Shown here: positions 42,771 to 55,290 of the stretch, in pieces | How the letters are laid out: each line of letters begins with the position of its first letter | How positions within the stretch are numbered: the stretch's first letter is position 1 | Origin: the human T2T-CHM13v2.0 reference genome, Homo sapiens | DNA: 64,000 nt | Assembly (NCBI RefSeq): GCF_009914755.1 | Contig: NC_060926.1 | Reading direction: 5' to 3' (one strand) | The notes under the pieces: model-generated | What the model saw: only the letters and a program-made list of their open reading frames with translations | What the model was told of the DNA's origin: nothing | Database searches by the model: none | Made by a program: the position numbers and the translations under genes

Positions 42771-44109
42771 TTTCCTTCTTTCTAAGAAAGAAAATTTTTA
42801 AGGAGAGGAATACCAAATGGCACACTAATCCTTCTGCCCTTTTGAACACAAGCTAATCCTCTGTACTATATTTACTTTTTAAAAACCTTTTATTATGGTT
42901 TTCAAAATGTCTTCTTTTCTCTACTTCTGAGCCCAGCATTTCTCTGAAAGCTCTATATTTTTTCACAATGACACTCTTGGAGGCAATAGTGAGGGTTCAG
43001 ACAGGCTGCAGGCAGAAACTGATGGGGTTGGGGATTGGGGCCTTATCTACTAATATTGTCTTTCCTTATATATTGTTTCTATTTATCTAACTACTTCAGT
43101 GATGTGTAACCCCTCCTCCCCAGACTGGTCACTGTGTAGTGTCATGTTCAGGGAAACTCCAGTCTGGCCACAGGGTCCAGAAGAATAATGAACCTATTTA
43201 CTATGAGTAAAGAGGTGAAACAGGGGTTTTGTAACATGTACCACACAGAAAGCTTCTGAACAATATTTAGGCTTCTCTGTTTCTCCCTAAAATTTCCCCT
43301 GCTGGAATCGTGTCTCTCCCATTTCTCCACCATATAGCTCCCTCACTGTTTTGCTATCTTAGGTCCACCTCTTTCTCACAATGCATCCTCATACATCATA
43401 CTTCCCAGGTGGGCCTGCCCCTCCTGACACTCTGGAAAGAGACATCTGTTTTTTTACTCTGTCTTTTTTCTTATGAGACTCTGCATCTCTTCCTCTCCCT
43501 GAAATTCTGCTGAATAACATCCCATTCCTTACAGACAATTAGCTGACCTGTTGAATCCTCCACAGGGGACAATACCACAGGAATCCGAAAGGCAAAAATG
43601 ATCATGTTCCGCTCCAGAACCAAGCACTTAGCTCTTCTTCTCTGGAGGCATGTGAGTCATAAACTGGAAGAAAAGAGAAAGAGGAGAGAGAAAGGGAGAG
43701 AGTTCCAATTTTACCAGCGCTCTTTGTGGAGACTGAGGATGCCCTTTTCTTTTTTTGCAAAAAAATCCCCACCAGGTTTTCCCATTTCCTTGTAAAACAT
43801 CAGACACATAGTAGATAGGCACTTCATGTTGGTTATTAAATGTCATTCCACAAAGTAGACAAAAATGAAGTTTTCCAGCTAACACCAAATTGGTTTTATA
43901 TCAATTTTTTGAAGTCTTGTGAATTTTCTTAAAACTTATCCTGAATCAAGTATAATTACAGATAAGCATTCAAATATGAAAACATGAGGAAGTCTAGGAT
44001 TATCTGCCACCTTGTATTATTTTGCTATTGCTACTCTCTAGTTATGAGTTGACTGTACCAATAAAAATCTAAATTATATCTAAGATCAAAATCAAGATAG
44101 AGGAAGAAG

Positions 44110-44340
44110 AATAACATTAATATATGCTAAGGACAGTTGCTGTCTGCATGTATCACTTCATTTGTTTTTGCAATAATCCTATAAATGAGATGTTGCTAAC
44201 CCATTTTATGAATGAGAAAACTAACAGAGGCTCAGAGTGATAAATAACTTGCTCAAGGCCATAAGAACAAAAAAAGTAAAACCAGGATTTGCACTCAGAT
44301 TTGTCAGGCCCTCGAGTCTGTAATCTTTATTCACCACTAC
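44110..44340 (-). mobile_element. MIR
   Basis: cccattttatgaatgagaaaact...gaggctcagagtgataaataacttgctcaaggcca. Confidence 0.8.
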
Positions 44341-44351
44341 GACATGCTGTC

Positions 44352-44657
44352 TTTTTCTTTTTTTTTTTTTTTTTGAGATGGAGTCTTATTCCATCACCCA
44401 GGCTGGAGTGCAGTGGTGCAATCTCAGCTCACTACAATCTCTGCTTTCCGGGTTGAAGTGCTTCTTGTGCCTCAGTCATTTGAATAGCTGGTATTACAGG
44501 TGTGCACCACTACACCCAGTAATTTTTATATTTTTTTCATAGAGACAGGGTTTCGCCGTGTTGGCCAGGCTGGTCTCGAACTCCTGACCTCAGGTGATCC
44601 ACCCAACTCGGCCTCCCACAGTGATAGGATTACAGGCGTGAGCCACCACGCCCGGCC
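44352..44657 (-). mobile_element. AluS
   Basis: Reverse dimer; TSD acatgctgtctttt / acatgctgcctttt. Confidence 0.94.
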
Positions 44658-45599
44658 AACATGCTGCCTTTTAATCCTGAATTTTATTCCACTTTGGGGA
44701 GTTGTCTTGGGCTTACTCTAGCTATTTTGTAAATGATGAAGAATCATTTCTGTCTAGTTAAGCTTTAAACACCAAAGAACAAAGTGCATCATATTTCTAC
44801 ATATGAAAAGTCATTTGGAGTGTTGTATAGAGGATTGTCGTTTTGAAGCACTCTCACACATAGTAATTGCTGACCCAGTACAAGAATCTAACACAATTTG
44901 CCAGAGTCTTATTTATTATTTTGTACTAAAGCCAGAGAACCTAGAAATCCAGTTCAGTATTGGCTTTCCAACTCCTGAGCTGAAAGAGAGCCAGGTAGAG
45001 CAAACTGCCTTTCTCACTGTCTTTTTTCCAGAGGCCCCAAGCTAAAGGCATCAATCACATTTGCCCCCATATTCCAACTTTAGTAGTTGAGTGTGACAGT
45101 GTGATTCAGCCGCTTTTGTTCAATGTCTCTTATTTTATTCTACTACCTCATTCTTTTTTTTTCCTTTTTGTTCCACTTTTAGCTCAAGTTTCTGGGCATA
45201 TAAAAATAAAATGTAAAATGTGATAGGTGCATGTGTTAGTGATTTACAGAGGTGGATTCCAGCTTCCTTTTAAGGCCAGAACTATGGATATTGCTTTTGT
45301 TTTATTGTTCCTTATCTATCCAACTGTGCTGTAAGTTTCCTTTAGGACAGAATCCAGGTTTCATTCATTTTTGTAGCCTCCTTTCTCCCTGCGATGCTTA
45401 TCCCGGTGTCTTGCACATTGGAGGCCTTCAATAAATGCTTATTGAAATACATATGTAAATACATATGGATGATAAAGGCAATGGAATTCTATATACGTCC
45501 AGCATCAAAGAAAGTAACCTCAATGTCTCAATGGTTTAAAAACTTTTGTTGTAGTCTAAATGAGTTTGAAATGTTTAATTCAAAACTGGCAAAGGCCTC

Positions 45600-46190
45600 T
45601 GTGTCATTTAGGATGCTTTTGGCTGCAAGTAACAGAATAACCAACTAAAAGTGGCTTCAAGAGTAAGGTTAAATGAGATGATATGACAGGAGGTCTGGGG
45701 GAAGATAGTTTCAAAGTTGGTGTGGTGCCCAAACAATATAATCAAGGACGTGGGCTCTTGGCATCCTTTGTTCTTTCTTCCTGAGTGTCTCATGGTTGCC
45801 AGATGGATGCTTCATATCTAAGTAATCTTGTCTTCCCAGAACTTATTTCAAAGGTAGGAAAAAAGAGGCTAGGGAGGGTTTTGTTACACATCTTTCTCCT
45901 TTTATCAGAGAGGAAATTTTTCCAAGAGGTCTTTCAGAATACTTTCCCTTTCCTTTTGATGGCTTGAAAGGGTTACCCCTATGTCACTGGCATCTGGCGA
46001 ATGGAATTATCATGCACTGTGATTGGCTTAGACCACTCACAGTTCATCCACTTGGAGTAGAACAGAGTTCTACCTTTTGAAAAGTCTCCTTAAATTAGCT
46101 CCCTGCGGTCTCCTACTTGAACAACATCAGGATTCTGGCCATAGGAAGAAATGGGGAAGAGCTGTTGGGGAGGAAAACAGCAGCATCTGT
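45600..46190 (-). mobile_element. MLT1K-like MaLR LTR
   Basis: tgtgtcatttaggatgcttttggctgcaagtaacagaa...catggttgccagatggatgc...tgattggcttagacc...ggggaggaaaacagcagcatctg. Confidence 0.7.
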
Positions 46191-46289
46191 TAACTCCTAT
46201 GTGAAATAATTTGTTGCAAGCAGTTTCTACCAGAGATATGAGCTAGTTTGTGAGATACTTAGACCCCAAAACAGGGGTCAGAGCTCATG

Positions 46290-46470
46290 TTTATTTATTG
46301 CGTGCCTATTACCAACATATCTGACATTATTTAATCCATGCACCATCAATCTAGATGAGGATACTAAGGCCCAAGAAGGCAAAAAAATTGCTCAAATCTG
46401 CACATAAGTTTGAGGCAGGCTTGAGATTGAGATCTATGTCCTTGTGACTCTAAAACCTATGCTCTTTTCT
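46290..46470 (-). mobile_element. MIR
   Basis: tttattgcgtgcctatt...agatgaggatactaaggcccaagaagg...tgactctaaaacctatgctcttt. Confidence 0.65.
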
Positions 46471-47648
46471 CCATGTTTTAGGGAGAATTTCTTTTCAGTT
46501 TGGGATATTTTTACTCTTAAGAGAACTCCTAACCAATTCTTGAAGTTCTGTGACCCAGCAAAAAACATCCTAGTATACCACAACCTGCTCAGGCCTAGAG
46601 AAGCTTGACTCTAGAGCAGCAGTTCTTCACCACTGTGGAGAAGCATCTTGATGTGTTTCAATCAATTATGAACCAGAGCAAAAGGTATCCATTATCTATA
46701 AGAGTTAAATATTGGAGTTTGACAATACTATTTTTAGTTTATAAAGGAGGGGGTGGAAATCCTCACTTTGACTCACTTGCCTTCCAGTATAAAGCAAAGC
46801 CTTGGGTGCGAAAGAAATGCCAGCAATTTCATATGACCTGTAACCTAACTTACTAGGGTATGGTAAATGCCTTCTACATAGTTATCCTGTGCAACATGGG
46901 TGTCCTGACACACACACACACACAAATGTGGAGAATCATTAGATACCATAAATCTACTCCTGGCTTCACATTTTTGGAAAGAACATCTTCTCAGGTTGTA
47001 GCTGCTATTTCTGGAGGCTGGGATATTATATTTTTTAATGTTTCTTTCTTGAAAGGAGCAAAATAGTTCTACCGTAAGTATAATCATATGAATCTGTAAT
47101 TGCCTCCTCAGTGTCTATCCCCACTTCTCCTCACAGTAACCTAATTTTTCCCAGAAAATATCTCACCCCTATTCCCAGCCATATGGTTAAAATGGGATGG
47201 ATCCCACTCCAGGGAGTGAATCATGATTGGCCAGAGCTTATCATTCTTTTGCTTCCTTAAATTTAGACCTTTCACACGTTTAACTAAATGAGATCATAAT
47301 ATAGTCATTTTATATATGTGAGTGTTACAAACATTAGTTTATAAACAATTTTAAAATATTAAAATTTGTATAAATCCTGTTTTGGCATATTTTGTCCAAA
47401 TTTTAATATAATGGAAGAGGCCTAGGCTTCTCTTGTCATCTGAGAGCTCTGATCTAGACCACTGATTCCAGACCAGTGACCTCTTCACTAGCTTGGTTCT
47501 TCACTAGCTGCAGTTCTCAACTGAGGCATCTGAGTCCCACAGAGAATAGATCACCTGCAAGCTCTGTTGGATCCTGTGGCCCCACTGTGCTGTATCTGCC
47601 CATTTATACACCTCTGCACCCACCCCTGTTAAAATTAAAGAAATTGAA

Positions 47649-47720
47649 CTCTCTCTCTCTCTCTCTCTCCCTCTCTCTCTCTCTCTCCCTCTCTCTCTCT
47701 CTCTCTTTCTCTCCTTTCTC
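47649..47720. repeat. (CT)n microsatellite
   Basis: Interrupted CT dinucleotide run. Confidence 0.95.
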
Positions 47721-50700
47721 TGTTTTAACTTTAGGCCTTGGTCTAAAGGTCTGGCTCTAAGAGGGATCTGAAAGGAACACTCTTTAACCTTGACTTTAAA
47801 CTCACTCTTTCATCAAAACACTGATTCTCTGACACCTCTAATAACTTTAGTATATCTTTACTGCCTCAAATTATATCTAAAAGAAAATCTGAAATAGTAT
47901 TTATACCTTTATTTGGAAGGAGAAGGAAAATTGAAAAAAATTATTTTAAAAATAAGGATAGCTTTTTATTTTTTAAGGAAGTAACTAAGCTGGATGTTAC
48001 ATGTTAATCCAGTCTTAGAATGTAAGATAATTCTTTACATTCCTAAGCCCTCAGGATATTCCTGCCAGGTACATTCTTAAATTTGAGAACACAGAACTTT
48101 GAGATGGAGAGTAGCTCTTACTCATTGTGTCCTGGTGATGTTGGTTTCTTAAGAACAAAGCATACAAAGCCTGGTTTTCTCAAAACCTTCTGTACTGGGG
48201 ACTTCCTTATCATATAAAGGTATCCTGATGGTACTTTTTCCTAGCTGAAGTTTTCAGATGAAAAGAATAGTACCCTGAAAGAGTAATTGGTCCATCTTTA
48301 GTCCATATTGAAGAAAAGGAAAAGAAAACAAAGGAGGAGAAGGGGGAAAGAGAAGAAGAGGAAGGAGAAGAAGCAGCTGAGGACAATGCATTGCTTTATC
48401 TTTGACTTTGGACTTTGCCAAAGGCATCTGGATATAGTTTCCTGGCTAATGCCACTTTCACTGGTGTCCATTATCTAAAATTGTTCAGTATCCACATCAT
48501 GCGATTCAGCACTCTGGAACACTATGACACCTACGGAGCCTCAACAGATCTAAGCCAATACAGAGAAGATTACACTCCGGTAAAGGTTAAACTAAAACCA
48601 AATAAGGTAATATGAAAGAACATGCAAATATCCATTCTTTACATTGACCAATTATAGCACCTTTTAATAAAATGAATTAGATTAAAAAATAATGTTGATT
48701 TGGGAGGATGTGTTCATTCTGTAGTCTCATACAATGTTATAATGATCAACTCTACAGGATCATTACACTACGATAATATAAAATAGATATTTCTAATCGA
48801 AGCAGTTATTTTGTTAAACCACAGATGGCATAAATATCCTTATACATGATGCAATTGGAATTGGTAATAAATTTATTTTTCTCCCCATTTATGGCAGAAG
48901 ACCTGTTAAGTGTGTGCCTGAGGGGCTAAAATTAAGAATGAGGGAAAACACTGCTTAATAAAGTTGGGATCAGGCATTTTAAAAGAATGCTTATGTTCAA
49001 AACAGCTAGAGAGCTGACCCGTTTATAGGAAATAGTTCTGCCAGAATTAGAAGTGGAAATAAGGAGACGATAATGAAATACAGTTTAACCAGTAAAGGGC
49101 AGTGAACATATGTATCACTCCACACCACACAAATATGCTGCCTGTTTAGATAAAGTTGTGGTTTCTTTTGTCAAGCTATTCTATTTCCTGTTAGAAAGGC
49201 TAACTTTGAAATACCACTTTCAGGAATGGGAGATAGAATAAAAACTTTATTAAATTGCTTAAATTATTTCCTCAAATTTCTTTCATGTTGTTTGCAATAA
49301 TGAGATGAAATATCCTCATAAGTTTCCCATTTATACATAGCTTATGGGAAATAAGGATTCAGTCTTAACTGCTTGCTAATGGTCAAGCATTTACATCTGG
49401 ATGTCACTAGAAGGTGTTTTTTTTAGGTGAAAGGTCAAAGTCCAAGTGGCAATGACCTATCAATCAGGCACTTGCCTCGTGTATGGTTACATTCCAGCCA
49501 TATTTACCTATATTGGGCAGAGGGCGACTCAAGTGGTTTTCTTTCCTCTTCCCCCTATGATGCAAGGAGGCTGTACATTAGCAACATAGGTCATGCCTAA
49601 TATTGCTATTTGCTCTGAGTTCTTAATTAACAATTGTGAGAAATAAGTAATTAATACTGATGAGTGTAGATATAATTTAATTTATCATAGTATGGATTTT
49701 TTATTTTATAGTTTAAATATAAAGTCAATTTTTGGTCCCCTTCAAAGGCGTTTATAGCTAAAAGTCAAGGAATCTCGTGAGCTCATCATTTTCTTAGCAT
49801 GCCCCACTCCTCACGTTTCCACGCCTTTGAGCATTGCTCTCTGTTTTCAACCTGATAAATAAACTCCCATGATTCTTCTTCAAATAACCCCTTTTCTCTG
49901 AAAGCTGCCCTAGGTCCCCTAGGCAGAGATCTCATAGAGCAACTCAAGGCTGCTTCCTCTCTGCTCCTCCTGTAATAATCTGTTTGCATATGGACTTCCA
50001 CATATTATTCCACATCTATTCCTGTTGTCTAGCACAATGACTGGCATTTACTGGTAATCAGTAATTATTTGTTTACAAATGACCTTTTTAAAAAGTTTGA
50101 CTGGAGATGTATCCTGCCATTAGAGTATAAAAATATATCAAGACATACCACCTATTAGGTTATTAGAGGAATAAAAAGTAAGTAAACAGGAAGGTAAGAG
50201 TTAACATAATTCTAATCCATTTTGATTAACTGTAAACCTTAATATTCTTTCTATCTATCTGTTAATCAATCAAATCTTTTCATTTTTACAGTGGGAATGG
50301 TCTTTCAGGTTGCCATCTACATATATTTTTCAAGCCAATTTTCATGGAAACTTGTTTACATGAGCTATCATAGTGTTGTTTTCACAGAGGCTTCAGAAAT
50401 ATTTGGCTGAACAATACAGCTGAAAAAAAAAAAGATTTGAGGAACAAAAAGTACTAAAGAAAACCTTGTGTTCATCAGAATTAAAATTAGCTGAAGGAAA
50501 ACAGTAATCATAAACTAAAAACCTTTTCCTGCTATTTGGATCTTCAGCTTTCATCTCTAGCAGCTTCCCCTCCTGAGCCTCCCGAGTTACGTAACAGGTC
50601 CCCATATGGGCCGATGAATCTGCCAGGCAAGGCTATCTCACGATTTAAAAGTCTCTCTTTAAAATATGCAAAAAGGCTAACGGAAGGTTCAATTTGTGAG

Positions 50701-51184
50701 CCCTGCCTCGGCTGCCTCCCATACGAAGCTTCACCCTGTGACTACTTCATTATCACTCTGGATTATCTGCTTAGAGTGGTACAGCAACCACATACCTAGA
50801 ATCACGCAGAACAACCTCCTCATTTCTCATGCTCTGAGGCTCTTCCTTGGACTGATAATTGTCAAGCATTCCTTCCCCTTTGAGCAATCCTAGGCTAACG
50901 CCCACCAGGAAACAAAGGGTCTCTTTGAGGATGAAAATTGAGACTGTCCTGGCCCCCGAAAAATTACATGCTGGAAAATTTCTATGTACTGAAATGATTG
51001 TGTTCCTTTTAGAGAACTCTCTGTGGACCTAACTATAGGAGTAGGTTATCAAAGGGCAGCTTCCCTCAAACCCAAAAGGGAAGAAAGAAAGGACAACTGT
51101 GGGAGGAAGTCAGAGGAGAATCAATGAAATAAATGAACTCTCAATACTTTTGCCCCATAACAAGTGCCTGGGATGCTGGCTATT

Positions 51185-51380
51185 TGCAAACTATTTGCCA
51201 TATATTGTCTCATTTGATTCTCACAACCATCTTGGGAAATAGTTATTGATATTGCTCCTATTTTAAAGATAAGTAAATTGAGGTTTAAGGATGTAACTTA
51301 GCCAAGGTCATACAGCTAGGGAGGGACAGAGCTGGGACTCCAACCAGGTCTTTTCACTAGAAAGCCTAGGCTCTTACTTC
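51185..51380 (-). mobile_element. MIR
   Basis: ttgtctcatttgattctcacaacc...ttttaaagataagtaaattgagg...aacttagccaaggtcatacagctag. Confidence 0.82.
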
Positions 51381-53206
51381 ACAACTCTAAGAACTTCTTT
51401 TGTGTTAAACAAAGAAAGTGCTCTTAAACAGAATCTGCCCCGTATCATGGACTTTTTGGGAAGGAATCTAAGAATCCTTTACAACCTCTCATTTGATTGA
51501 CAAGGAAACTATACCAGAATCCTCGGTTTAAATGTTCTGGTTTTGGTGTACTTGGCATTATGAGAAAAAAGCAAAATCACGAGAGTACCAGTCCATCTTA
51601 CCAATTTTGCAAGAGTGGAGAAAAGCAGCTTCCAAGGAAAGCCTGTGTTCAGTGCACACTCAATCCTGTACAGTGAGAAGTGAAGCTTGTGATACTGACC
51701 CAGAGGAACTGCAAAGTTCTCCATCAACCCAGCTAGGGCCTTTGGGATCTGTAAACTTCATGCTCTGTGACAAAGGAGGCTGATAAAATTTACCAGGTAC
51801 TGTCACAACAGCTGGAGAAAAAAGTTTGGTAATTGTGTCTGTGACTTAAGAAGTTCAGTTTATTTGTATATCTTAGTTTACAGAGGATTCCTGTTGGCAA
51901 AAGGGCTATTGTGTCTATGACCTTCCATTTGTTTGTCTTAACTTCATTTAAATAATTGTACACTGTCCAAAGCAAGAATAGTATCTGCTACCTCTTTTGT
52001 AATTATGCACAGTTCTCTAAACACAGAGGGTACTCAGAGTATGTTCTGGCATAAACATTTCAGTTACAAACACAGTGCATCTTCTAGTCTATCTCTTATG
52101 CGGAACTTCTGTAGCATCTATGGTGGAGTCGTTAATTTAAAAAGCCACTTAGGACTTAAGGAAGTAGTTACATTTCATGAGAAAAAACAGATGAGGACAG
52201 CATAATCACCTGCCATATAATAGATGCATATGCCTTTCGTTTTGTTTAAAAATTGCTAATAGAAAACCATACCTTTTCTCAGGCCTCCCACTGTCCTTCA
52301 TTGCAGGATATATTACTCATGTCAGACCCAAATTTACCTCTGGCCCACACAAACCTGCTCTTATCTTGCTGATTGTTACCGTAAATTACTGACATCAGCA
52401 AAGCTTTGTCAGGAAACTGAGGTAATTGAAAACTCCAGAGAATTTGAAGAAAAGGCATCCCGGATTATTTTGGGCTTCTTCCTCTTTCATACAGTTCATG
52501 TTCCTTATCTGAGTCATTGCTTAAATAGCTTAACGGCTATGCTCGAACTCAGTATTACATAGAAGACCTGTTTATTCACATTTCCCTTTAACCTACCTCA
52601 CTCAGATTGTGGTGCTCTTTGCCTCACTAATTTTACAAATCAATCAGCATCTGGATGTCAGCAGTGGAGGCTGATGCTGCTACACGCAGTTAGTGGTTAT
52701 GTGAGAGACGAAATTGTTAATTTATGTGGGTTAACGTTGTGCCTCACTCTAGCCTTGTAAATCATTTTAAACATCTTCAGGTGCATTAAATTATGAATTT
52801 CTGGTTTACATTGGGGTGTGCCCATAGTCCCTTATGTTTACATCCCTCACTCCCCATGCTATTTTCTGTCTTGTCACTGAATTGTCCTTCTACTTGGCTA
52901 ATGACCTAATTCAGTGGGGAACTAGGTGCTGCCGCCAGCCTGTTTCCAGAGGACCCACACATTATCTTGGTTCTTCTAGGGTTTCAGGCTTTGAGCTGGG
53001 CACTGGAGTCGGCACGCTCGTGGTGTCTTCCTTTCAGGAACACGTTGTCTTTGGGAAACGAACCCTTGGAGAAGTGCATGAATGAAGCATGTAGAGGATC
53101 TTTGCAGAAGCCCAGAGAAGGGGCATTTCTAAAATTAGGGTTTTAGGGAGGATCATCTTAGGGATGTGACCCTTGAGGTATGTTCTGATGGACAAAAAGA
53201 AAATAG

Positions 53207-53499
53207 AGCTGGGTGCAGTGGCTCACACCTGCCATCCCAGCACTTTGGGAGGCTGAGGTGGGAGGATCACTTGAGCTCAGGAGTTTAAGACCATCCTGGA
53301 CAACATAAGGAGACCCCCATCTCTACTCTTTTTTTTTTTTTTTAATTAGCTGGGTGTGGTTGTGCACACCTGTAATCCCAGCTACTTGGGAGGCTGAGGT
53401 GGGAGGATTGCTTGAGCTCAGGAAGTCAAGGTTGAAATGAGCTATGATTGCACCAGTGAACTCCAGTCTGGGTGACAGAGCAAGACTCTGTCTTAAAAA
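53207..53499 (+). mobile_element. AluJ with a T15 run in the linker
   Basis: ggaggatcacttgagctcagg in the left arm and ggaggattgcttgagctcagg in the right; linker ctctactc-T15-aattagc. Confidence 0.9.
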
Positions 53500-53511
53500 G
53501 AGAGAGAGAGG

Positions 53512-53810
53512 GGCCGGGAGTGGTGGGTCACGCCTGTAATCCCAGCACTTTGGGAGGCCAAGGCAGGTGGATCACAAGGTCAGGAGTTCAAGACCAGCCT
53601 GGCCAATATGTTGGAACCCCGTCTCTACTAAAAATACAAAAATTAGCCAGGCATGGTGGCAGGCACCTATAGTCCCAGCTACTCAGGAGGCTGAGGCAGA
53701 AGAATCGCTTGAACCTGGAGGCGGAGGTTGCAGTGAGCTGAAATTGCACCGCTCCGCTGCACTCCAGCCTGGGTGACAGAGTGAGACTCCATCTCAACAA
53801 AAAAAAAAAA
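53512..53810 (+). mobile_element. AluS (Sg-like), in tandem with the preceding AluJ
   Basis: Dimer with ggatcacaaggtcaggagttcaagacc. Confidence 0.94.
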
Positions 53811-53932
53811 GAGAGAGAGAGAGGAGAGAGAGAGAAGAGAGAGAGAGAAAGAAAGAAAAGAAAGAAAGAGAAGAAAGAAAGAAAGAAAGAAAAAGAAGAA
53901 AGAAAGAAGAAAGAAAGAAAGAGAAAGAAAAA

Positions 53933-54016
<84 letters not shown>

Positions 54017-54018
54017 AA
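53811..54018. repeat. (GA)n/(GAAA)n polypurine microsatellite (expanded Alu tail)
   Basis: About 200 bp of A/G only, ending in a long perfect (GAAA)n array. Confidence 0.97.
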
Positions 54019-54019
54019 A

Positions 54020-55290
54020 TAGAGGGTGGTATGCCCAGGCAGATGCAATTGGAAGAACAGTGAGAGACGATGGAAAGGAAAGCAAGGAGGGGTCAACTCC
54101 TGAAGGCCACACTAAGGAATATGAACTATATTTTGGATGCTATGGAGAACCACACAGTGATTTTGATGTAGGGCTTCAGCATGATCAAATTTGTACTCGT
54201 TAATTAATTCAGTGAACATTCATTGAATATCTACTTGGTGGCAGTAAGTCACAGAAGTGGGACTACAAAGACAACACATTCCCTGACTTTAAGGATCTTA
54301 CAGGTTTAGGAGGTTTCTGTAGGAGAAGATAGACATGAAGGTAAAAAAAGTACCAAAAGAGCACTTTGGGCTAACGTAAAAATGTGGAATGAATTAGAAG
54401 GTGATGAGACCAAAAGTATAGTGAAGGGTGTCAAGGGGGTGAGAGGAGACCAGTTGTTTCTCTTGAGCACATTATTTTTAATCTTTTTAAAGGAAATACA
54501 TAAACATAACAGTTGTTAAGACTGTGATGGAATAGTGTTAAAGTAATGCCTGTATAAAGAATATCAAGAAATATCTTTAAAGGACCTAAAAGATGGCATG
54601 CTTTTGTCTGCTAGCCCTCCACCAACTATCAGTGTTAGCTCCATTCCCTGCCACATTAGAGCCAAGCAGCACCTTGGGTGAGATCAGAGCCAGTGTGGCG
54701 AGTTAAGAGGCTATTAGGCAATTCCTGGGATGTGATGCTTGCCTGAAATAAGGAAGTGACAATGGTGATGGAGGAAGAAAGACAGGAAGAAGAGCTAATA
54801 GGGAGCCTGATGTACAAAACTCGGCAACTCACATAGAGATCCAGCAGGATGACTCTCATGACTTTCACCTGAGTGACCTGGTGGGTGACATTCACCAGAT
54901 TTTGTAGGGGGAAGGGAGAAGGGTACTGCCATGTCCATTTTGTAAAGGTCAGGCTTGAGGTGCCTATGAGACCATCGGGCAGCGAGGCTCAGTATTCATT
55001 TGGATGTGCAGGTCTAGTGGCCAGGAGGAAGTCTGACCGGGGCAATGCATTTGCATTTTTGCATTTTTGAGTCTTGGTATATAGGTAGGAGTTGAAGCTG
55101 AAGCTGTGGGTGTTGAAAAAGTCAGTGATTGGAATGAGGAGAGCAGAGATCCCCAGAGGGGCCCTGGCAAATGCTACCATTTAAGGGCTGAGTGGAAAAA
55201 GTAGATCTTGGTCAGTGGGTAGAAGGAAAACCAAGAAGAATGTGGTTAGGAATTTAAAAGAGTACTTTTAAGGAGGAAGTTATCAATGGA
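54020..55290 (-). mobile_element. Fragmented L2 remnants
   Basis: aggccacactaaggaatatgaactatattttggatgctatggagaacc; attcagtgaacattcattgaatatctact; ttgaggtgcctatgagaccatc. Confidence 0.55.

Noticed and set aside
50149-50435. Minus-strand acceptor T11-CAG at 50420 with donor GTG|GTATGT at 50149
   Set aside because: The acceptor is just a mononucleotide run and there is no independent support
53588-54203. K/E/R-rich and F/L/S-rich ORFs (also 39886-40263 and 42223-42597)
   Set aside because: Translations of microsatellites
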